64,000 nucleotides of DNA from Bdellovibrionales bacterium (GTDB lineage: Bacteria > Bdellovibrionota > Bdellovibrionia > Bdellovibrionales > DASUEL01): assembly GCA_050250255.1 (NCBI GenBank), contig JBFWOZ010000002.1, positions 77,655 through 141,654 on the forward strand, read 5' to 3'. The notes beneath the pieces are model-generated. The model ran no database searches and was not told where the DNA came from. It was given only the letters and a program-made list of their open reading frames with translations. The first letter of the stretch is position 1. Each line of letters opens with the position of its first letter. Positions 58,261-64,000 of this stretch are shown one piece after another. Position numbers and translations under genes: made by a program.

Positions 58261-58716
58261 TTACTTTTTCCATCTTAAAAGGACATCTGGTTCCTTTTCT
58301 TCGTTTCCAGTCCCGTCAGTCCTCTTTATAACAATGAAACCGTGCTTTTCATAAAAGCATTGCGCAACAAGATTCTTTTGGAATGTCCACAATTCCAGTG
58401 ATTGAGCGTGCTGTTTTGCTAGAGCGAGCAATTTACTACCGAGGCCAAACTTTTGAAACTGGGGCAAAATGTACAGGTGATTCACCCACTCATCTCTGAA
58501 TGCAATGAAACCAATAATTCTCTCGCTCTTGAGTTCAATCGCAACATAAACATGGTTTTCAGCAAAAACCACGTTGGTGAAATAGTCAGCGTCTTCATCC
58601 GAGGTGTGAATTTCTGGCAGAAATGGCATGGCATTCTGTCTAGATGCCTTAAAAACTCGGGCGACCTCAGACATCTGTTGCTTACTCGATTTCTCAATTT
58701 TGATTTTTGTTAACAC
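58261..58716 (-). CDS. GNAT-family N-acetyltransferase
   Basis: 151 aa with the acetyl-CoA motif QFQKFGLGSKLL. Confidence 0.8.
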   Translation of the reverse strand: MLTKIKIEKSSKQQMSEVARVFKASRQNAMPFLPEIHTSDEDADYFTNVVFAENHVYVAIELKSERIIGFIAFRDEWVNHLYILPQFQKFGLGSKLLALAKQHAQSLELWTFQKNLVAQCFYEKHGFIVIKRTDGTGNEEKEPDVLLRWKK

Positions 58717-58776
58717 TGAGGCTCCATGGGCTTCGGTCTAAGGAGCAAAGAAAGCTCCTCGGCGATTCAAAAGATA

Positions 58777-58799
58777 GGGAGATATTGTCAGCATCTCCC
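58777..58799 (-). terminator. intrinsic terminator-like hairpin
   Basis: The sequence is GGGAGAT-N9-ATCTCCC with T/A tracts on both sides. It lies 12 nt downstream of the 58811 GNAT stop. Confidence 0.5.
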
Positions 58800-58810
58800 A
58801 TTTTTTCAAC

Positions 58811-59347
58811 CTAGTTACTAGAGAACTCTTCACTGAAGTGAGCAGCACCCTTCAGTTTAGAGAATCCATCGGCTCCAAGCTCTAGGCCAAGAAATGCTTC
58901 ATCTGGAACTTCAAATGCGCATTTCAGCCCAAATGTCGAAGCCGCCGGCTTAAACCCAAATTTTGGATAATAATCTGGGTGTCCAACCAAGAGTACACCT
59001 TCGAAACCCCGCTCTTTCAAAATTCGCAGTCCCTCTTTTATAAGTTTCGACCCTATTCCCGTTTTTTGCTTTGAAGGTGCAACAGCCATAGGTGCCAAAG
59101 CAACTATCCTGCTATTATTGTCAGCACTACCAAAAGACATTGGGCTGAACGCAATATGACCAACTATCTTATCCTCTTCTAAAGCAACTAGAGATAACGT
59201 TAATTTGCCACGCTTTCTCAGGGTATCTACGATCCTTGCTTCTTCATCAGTTTCGAAGGCGCTTTTATTCAAAGCAAAGATAGCTTCAATATCGTTCTCA
59301 GTTTCAACTCGAATTTTCAAAATTGGTTCCAATCGTTCTATAGACAA
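58811..59347 (-). CDS. GNAT-family N-acetyltransferase (YhbS-like)
   Basis: 178 aa with KQKTGIGSKLI and GHPDYYPKFGF. Confidence 0.8.
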   Translation of the reverse strand: MSIERLEPILKIRVETENDIEAIFALNKSAFETDEEARIVDTLRKRGKLTLSLVALEEDKIVGHIAFSPMSFGSADNNSRIVALAPMAVAPSKQKTGIGSKLIKEGLRILKERGFEGVLLVGHPDYYPKFGFKPAASTFGLKCAFEVPDEAFLGLELGADGFSKLKGAAHFSEEFSSN

Positions 59348-59592
59348 AAAAACTCCGCCTCGATTCAGCGGATCGAAAAAATAACGTGAAATTTCGCTTT
59401 TTTGGCAGGAGCCTAGACAATCATGAAAGAAATTTTGACCAAGCAGTCTGCTTTGTCAAGCACTTGGTCCGAAACCCAATGGTTTGTGGTCACGGTATGA
59501 CCAGAAAAGCGTTGAACAAAAATGTGAGGCGCTTAAGCAAGCTCGGGTGTTTAATAAATCGAGGACCTTCGCCGTGTTCGGGGTAGCGTGTT

Positions 59593-60225
59593 CTATATTG
59601 AGTTGGCAAGCAACTCGAGGAGCGAAGTTTGCAACTCCGAGCCGTGGGGCTTTTGCACAAGGACTTCGTGGTCGCGGATCAGGATGCTCGCATGGACTTT
59701 TGAGGGTTCTACGAATTGGTCGTGCATAGGTTTTACTTGTTGGTTGAATTGGTCGCGGACTCCTTCGGGAGTACGGGCACGTTCGCGGACGTCTCTTTGT
59801 AGTCTTCGTTGGAAGCGAGTGTCTTCATCCGCCTCGAGAAAAATGGATTCGTCGAAAAGGGGTAGGAGGAAATCTTGCGACAGCAGGAGGATTCCGTCGA
59901 CGAGGATATACGCGCGGGGCTCAAACGTAAGACATTCCTTTTTTCGTGTGTGAGTTGAAAAATCGTAAATGGGGACTTGGATACTCTTGTTGTCTTTTAA
60001 TTCTTTGAGATGTTTCTCTAGTAGAGGAAAATCGATGGAGCTTGGATGATCGAAGTTCACTGCACCGCCATCGTGATCAAATTTTTTGCTCTGATCAATG
60101 TAATAACTGTCTTGTCCTAAGATGGCGCACTCTTTAAAGCCTAGGGTCTCTTGAATTTTTTTAGCGAGCGTTGTTTTGCCACAACCACTTCCGCCGGTGA
60201 GGGCTACGATCCAGGGCTTTTTCAT
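59593..60225 (-). CDS. udk: uridine kinase
   Basis: It has the Walker A motif TGGSGCGKTT. The ATG at 60225 (MKKPWIVALTGG) fits Udk better than the track start at 60276, which overlaps upp. Confidence 0.8.
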   Translation of the reverse strand: MKKPWIVALTGGSGCGKTTLAKKIQETLGFKECAILGQDSYYIDQSKKFDHDGGAVNFDHPSSIDFPLLEKHLKELKDNKSIQVPIYDFSTHTRKKECLTFEPRAYILVDGILLLSQDFLLPLFDESIFLEADEDTRFQRRLQRDVRERARTPEGVRDQFNQQVKPMHDQFVEPSKVHASILIRDHEVLVQKPHGSELQTSLLELLANSI

Positions 60226-60241
60226 TTTGTTCTTCCAAAAA

Positions 60242-60868
60242 CTATTGTGTTTTGTAAAGCCTGTCACCGGCATCACCCAAACCAGGAATTAAGTAACCGA
60301 GCTCACTCATCTCGGGCTCTACAGCACAAGCATAGACTTTCACGTCTGGGTGGAAGTGATGAAGTTTTTCAAGTCCGTGTTTAGAAGTCAAAATGCAAAG
60401 AAGAGCGATGGGGCCGACTTCGAATTGTTTTAAACGGTCCACGCAGGCCACGGCCGTATCTCCGGTTGCAAGAAGAGGATCGGCAAGAAAAACGTGTTTC
60501 CCCTTCATAGAGGGTGGAAGCTTAAAATAGTACTCCACCGTATTATTAATAAATTTGTCGCGGTAAATCCCAATATGTCCTGCGGCCGCGAAAGGCATCA
60601 TGCTAAGCAGTCCATCGAGCATTCCATTTCCCGCTCGCATGATGGAAACGATCACCGGCCAATCAAGGATCTTTTCGCACTTCATTTTGGCCATGGGAGT
60701 TTCGATGTCGATGTTGTCGGTCTCCAGATCACGAGTCGCTTCATAGGCAATCAATCGCGCGAGCTCGTTCATGGCTCCTCGAAAGCTTGCGCTGTCTGTA
60801 TTTTTATCCCGTAATTTCGCAAGGGTGTGGCGAACGATAGGGTGATCAACAAGAATTAAATTTTTCAT
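60242..60868 (-). CDS. upp: uracil phosphoribosyltransferase
   Basis: The sequence runs MKNLILVDHPIVRHTLAKLRDKNT...DPLLATGDTA...IPGLGDAGDRLY. The ATG at 60868 has an AGGAGT SD sequence 6 nt upstream. The track ORF opens at 60895. Confidence 0.9.
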   Translation of the reverse strand: MKNLILVDHPIVRHTLAKLRDKNTDSASFRGAMNELARLIAYEATRDLETDNIDIETPMAKMKCEKILDWPVIVSIMRAGNGMLDGLLSMMPFAAAGHIGIYRDKFINNTVEYYFKLPPSMKGKHVFLADPLLATGDTAVACVDRLKQFEVGPIALLCILTSKHGLEKLHHFHPDVKVYACAVEPEMSELGYLIPGLGDAGDRLYKTQ

Positions 60869-60878
60869 ATCCATACTC

Positions 60879-62099
60879 CTAAAAAACCGTTCCATCGCTG
60901 ATGATATTCAAAGGAGGTTCTCCTCCGGGTCGTTTTTCTTTTGCGATTTTTCGCCCTGCGTGCCAGGTGCCCCCCTCGAGAACCTTAGCGAGTGGCAGCT
61001 CTTCTTTGGTCATTTTTAATTTTTCGCGAATTTTGTCTCCGATGAGATCGAGAAGAGAAACCGTTAGGGCTCTCCACTCAATCACCAGATCGGTCTCAGG
61101 TGCGTGCTTCTTTTTTAAAAGCTCAGAATTTCTTAACTCAATAAGACCGGCATCGATGAATAGTCCACCGTTGCGATACTCGGCGAGTCCGGTGAGCTCA
61201 TCAACACCCTCAACGGTGACCCCCATTTCAATAATGGGCACGAGAAGAGAGTAGGTCAGCCATTGAGAAAGTTTATGAAAAGCGACGAGTCCCTCGGTGG
61301 AGTTTGGTTTCCCAAAACCAGAATAATTCCACACGTCTCCCAGGCTCACGGAGCCCAGACGTAAACGAGAAGGCCAAATGTCTCCCAAATAGTTTAATAC
61401 AAAATCTAAAACCTTTACGGCTTTGAGAGTTTTGGAGTTTTCCTGCAAAAGCACATCGAGCATATCCCCAATACGACCATTTTTAAAAATCGTAGGATGT
61501 TTTTCTATAACGACAGCAAGTTGGTTGAGGAGATGGATGCGCCCCTCCACTCCAATGAGGGGGTTAGAAGACGAAATTTGAAAGTGTTTTTCTAGATCGG
61601 CGGGCTTCAGATTTTTTAGACCTGCGCTGTTGGCTTGAAGTGGTTTATTTTTGTCTCCCGAAAAACCGCCGGCAAGAAACATATGGTAACTTGCGACCGC
61701 AAGACCTTCTGAGCGCGCGAAAATTTTCTGTTCGGGACTTTCAACATACTTCCAGTTATCTCCGGCTCCCGCATCGAGCAAAACGGAGACAACGATCAAA
61801 TCAATTTTTGATTTAGCCGCGTCTAAAGCGGAAACAGCACCTAGTTTTTCTACCATTTGCTGAGTGCGGTTCACGCCGCCAGCATTCAGGTGCCCGTTTC
61901 GAGAGTGAAAAGGAATCTTTAGATCTGGATAGTTATCGTGGATCACGGAAAGAACGTAATCAGAGACGGCACCTAGTTTTTCTAAGTTCACCTTAAAGTG
62001 AGTTTTCCCATCCAGAGCCATTTGGAAAATCTTTTTGGTACTTTCTCTTACGGCGCGAGGGCTTAAAATGTAATCAATGTCTTTTTGAGTAAAATTCAT
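60879..62099 (-). CDS. DUF1688-family protein (URC4/urg3-like)
   Basis: 406 aa. The pattern HSRNGHL...DAGAGDNWKY...FHKLSQWLTYSL...LAEYRNGGLFID...EWRALTV...LEGGTWHAGR...ISDGTVF matches my recollection of fungal URC4/urg3. Confidence 0.65.
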   Translation of the reverse strand: MNFTQKDIDYILSPRAVRESTKKIFQMALDGKTHFKVNLEKLGAVSDYVLSVIHDNYPDLKIPFHSRNGHLNAGGVNRTQQMVEKLGAVSALDAAKSKIDLIVVSVLLDAGAGDNWKYVESPEQKIFARSEGLAVASYHMFLAGGFSGDKNKPLQANSAGLKNLKPADLEKHFQISSSNPLIGVEGRIHLLNQLAVVIEKHPTIFKNGRIGDMLDVLLQENSKTLKAVKVLDFVLNYLGDIWPSRLRLGSVSLGDVWNYSGFGKPNSTEGLVAFHKLSQWLTYSLLVPIIEMGVTVEGVDELTGLAEYRNGGLFIDAGLIELRNSELLKKKHAPETDLVIEWRALTVSLLDLIGDKIREKLKMTKEELPLAKVLEGGTWHAGRKIAKEKRPGGEPPLNIISDGTVF

Positions 62100-62107
62100 G
62101 AAACTTT

Positions 62108-63388
62108 TTATTCCTCAAGCTTTCGACCTTTAATGCGATCTAGGTCTTTGCCCTTTTTAATCCGTTTTGTATTTTTTGTGAAATAACCGGCCGCACGTTT
62201 TGCCTCAAGTTCGACTTGCGCATCTTCCGGGATCAGGTGATCGGGAATTTCAAAACGATTCACAACTTCAATTCCAGAGTTCACGATGGCGTTGTACTTC
62301 ATATTACTCATCGACATGAGGTTGTGAATTTTTTTAATTCCAAACCAGTTGAGAACGTCGGGCATAAGCTCTTGAAAACGAGCATCTTCCACACCGGCAA
62401 CACACTGAGTGCGTTTGAAATAAGTGGCGGCAGAATCTCCACCCTCTTGACGCTTTCTTGCGTTATATACGAGAAACTTTGTGACCTCGCCAAGGGCGCG
62501 GCCTTCTTTTCGATAATAAACTATGATGCCGACGCCTCCGCGCTGGGCGGTGCGAACAGCTTCTTCGATTCCGTGAACAAGGTAGGGCCTGCAAGTACAA
62601 ATGTCTGAACCGAAAACGTCGGAGCCGTTACACTCATCATGAACGCGAGCGGTGAGTTCCACCTTTGGGTTGCTCAGATCTTTGTGATCACCAAAAATAT
62701 AAGCGGTCGTGCTTCCAATAGGTGGAAGCATGACCTTTAAGTCGGAGCGAGTGACAAGCTCTGGAAACATGCCGCCGGTTTCAAGAAACAATTTTTTTCT
62801 TAATTCACCCTCGTCAATTTTAATTCTCTTGGCAATTCCGGGAAGATACCAAACAGGTTCAAAGGCCACCTTTGTCACTTTGAGTTCTTTTGTTTTTGTC
62901 ACATGTTCGCCATCAATAGGAATAAGTCCCTTGTCGATAGAATGAATGATCTCAGGAATGGTCAGGTGAGCTTGCGTGACCGCGATAGTTGGGCGAATGC
63001 TAAATCCCTTATCGAGATACTCACTAAAGTTTTCGACGATGTTGGAACCCCATGGATCAATAGAAACAATTTTCTCAGGATCGGTCCATGAAGGGAACGG
63101 ACCAATTTGTGAGGTCACTTGCGTGTTGTGAAGATCTGCTTTGAAATCTTCCGGGTAGTGACCGGCCGCAATTGAAAGCGCACGGTAAACGGTGTAGCCG
63201 CCGCCATGAGAGCCGATGGCATTTCGCAACTGTTGGTTGTTGGTGGTTGCGATAATCGGTCCGCGTTGTTTGGCGTTTTTTGCGCCCCAATTGATTTGCG
63301 GACGATCTTTAAAGATCATGTTTTTGTGAGAGGTTAAAACCACGTGCGAGGGCTTTTTAAACTCTTCTTTTTTAGCTTGCTTTTTCAT
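62108..63388 (-). CDS. GTP cyclohydrolase II-like protein with long N-terminal domain (URC1/urg1-like)
   Basis: The C-terminal half has the GCHII pattern RVHDECNGSDVFGSDICTCRPYL...YYRKEGRALG. The N-terminal ~200 aa lack RibB motifs. The ATG at 63388 overlaps the upstream TGA in an ATGA arrangement. The track ORF opens at 63451. Confidence 0.7.
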   Translation of the reverse strand: MKKQAKKEEFKKPSHVVLTSHKNMIFKDRPQINWGAKNAKQRGPIIATTNNQQLRNAIGSHGGGYTVYRALSIAAGHYPEDFKADLHNTQVTSQIGPFPSWTDPEKIVSIDPWGSNIVENFSEYLDKGFSIRPTIAVTQAHLTIPEIIHSIDKGLIPIDGEHVTKTKELKVTKVAFEPVWYLPGIAKRIKIDEGELRKKLFLETGGMFPELVTRSDLKVMLPPIGSTTAYIFGDHKDLSNPKVELTARVHDECNGSDVFGSDICTCRPYLVHGIEEAVRTAQRGGVGIIVYYRKEGRALGEVTKFLVYNARKRQEGGDSAATYFKRTQCVAGVEDARFQELMPDVLNWFGIKKIHNLMSMSNMKYNAIVNSGIEVVNRFEIPDHLIPEDAQVELEAKRAAGYFTKNTKRIKKGKDLDRIKGRKLEE

Positions 63389-64000
63389 GACATCCAGGTT
63401 GCGTCGTTTTGATTTTGCCATTTTGTTGTTACCTTTTTTATATTTGTCCAAAAATTTAAACTATGATCTCCGGTGATATCACCGTGACCAAATTTCGATT
63501 CGTTAATTCCACCGAAGGAGAAGGGCTCTCTTGGAACGGGAACGCCGATGTTCACGCCAATCATTCCCGCCTTTGCGTTGGCAGAAATAAAATCAGCAAT
63601 GCCACCTGTGTTAGTAAACACGGAGGCCGCATTTCCATAAGGATTTTTATTTTCTACTTCGAGAGCCTCTTTTAGGCCCTTCGTGCGCACGATACTGAGA
63701 ACGGGACCAAAGAGTTCAAGTGTTGCAGCTTCGCTGTCGGGCTCCACCTGATCTAAAATCGTAGGTCCCAGCCAGTAACCACCTTCATACTCTTTGGGTA
63801 CATTTACTTTTCTGCCATCTAAAAGAATGCGTGCGCCAGATTTTTCTGCGCGGTCGATGGCAGATTTTAAAAACTCCAACTGGGTTTTTGAAATGATCGC
63901 GCCCATATCTTCGCCCAGGCGGACCTGAGAGGCGGCGTTCACAATACTTTGAATTTGGTTCTCTGGATTATTCACCGGCAGCAGAACGCTCGCGGCCATA
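63385..64000 (-). CDS. CoA-acylating (methyl)malonate-semialdehyde dehydrogenase-like ALDH, N-terminal part outside the window
   Basis: The C-terminal 204 aa include NPYGNAASVFT and GVNIGVPVPREPFSFGG...KVTTKW. The listed start Met sits in what looks like the ...C-M-A... catalytic-Cys context, so the ORF continues beyond base 64000. Confidence 0.75.
   Translation of the reverse strand, partial: MAASVLLPVNNPENQIQSIVNAASQVRLGEDMGAIISKTQLEFLKSAIDRAEKSGARILLDGRKVNVPKEYEGGYWLGPTILDQVEPDSEAATLELFGPVLSIVRTKGLKEALEVENKNPYGNAASVFTNTGGIADFISANAKAGMIGVNIGVPVPREPFSFGGINESKFGHGDITGDHSLNFWTNIKKVTTKWQNQNDATWMS

Noticed and set aside
59386-59953. Plus-strand ORFs of 66, 81 and 121 aa in the GNAT-udk spacer and antisense to udk.
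   Set aside because: They are Arg/Ser/Cys-rich, mutually overlapping, and lack SD sequences or motifs. The 121-aa ORF is antisense to the well-supported udk gene.

Overview
This window is the replication-origin neighbourhood of a Gram-negative bacterial chromosome. It is almost fully coding (about 70 CDS). I saw no rRNA, tRNA, transposase, integrase, CRISPR array or recognisable defence system.

Gene order:
- Left arm, minus strand: atpH, atpF, atpF', a bactofilin, parB, parA, rsmG, mnmG, mnmE, jag, yidC, yidD, rnpA, rpmH.
- The strand switches at about 11.65 kb. Then on the plus strand: dnaA, a putative oriC (13296..13517), dnaN, recF, gyrB, gyrA, a TPR protein, and atpZ-atpI-atpB-atpE.
- An 11-kb minus-strand block follows: three SurA/PrsA-type PPIases, pdxA, PMM/PGM, uvrA, a DUF374 protein, etfBA.
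- Next come a secreted S8 protease, an alpha/beta hydrolase, a double-FHA protein, rpsF-DUF2232-rplI-dnaB, an orphan TolC-like gene, queE plus a Fis-like gene, and ftsK.
- Then an LptM-like lipoprotein, dapF-dapA-dapB-folK, tal, envelope and secreted proteins, two GNAT genes, and at the right edge a compact udk-upp-DUF1688-GCHII-like-ALDH operon.

The bactofilin after parAB, the split atp operon, oriC between dnaA and dnaN, and the many secreted proteins or lipoproteins resemble Bdellovibrio-like or deltaproteobacteria-type genomes. That placement is inference only.

Most interesting observations:
1. A one-operon bacterial version of the fungal URC/urg uracil-catabolic gene set.
2. A UvrA whose insertion domain is reduced to about 29 residues, translationally coupled into an envelope/cofactor operon.
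3. ParABS with two GTTCCACGTGGAAC-core parS palindromes (one a perfect 16-mer inside rsmG) and a bactofilin gene immediately after parB.
4. An S8 protease with a CUB-like C-terminal module.
5. Ribosomal protein S6 with an RGG tail, in an rpsF-rplI operon that lacks rpsR.

All homology calls come from motif recognition by eye. No searches or computations were run.
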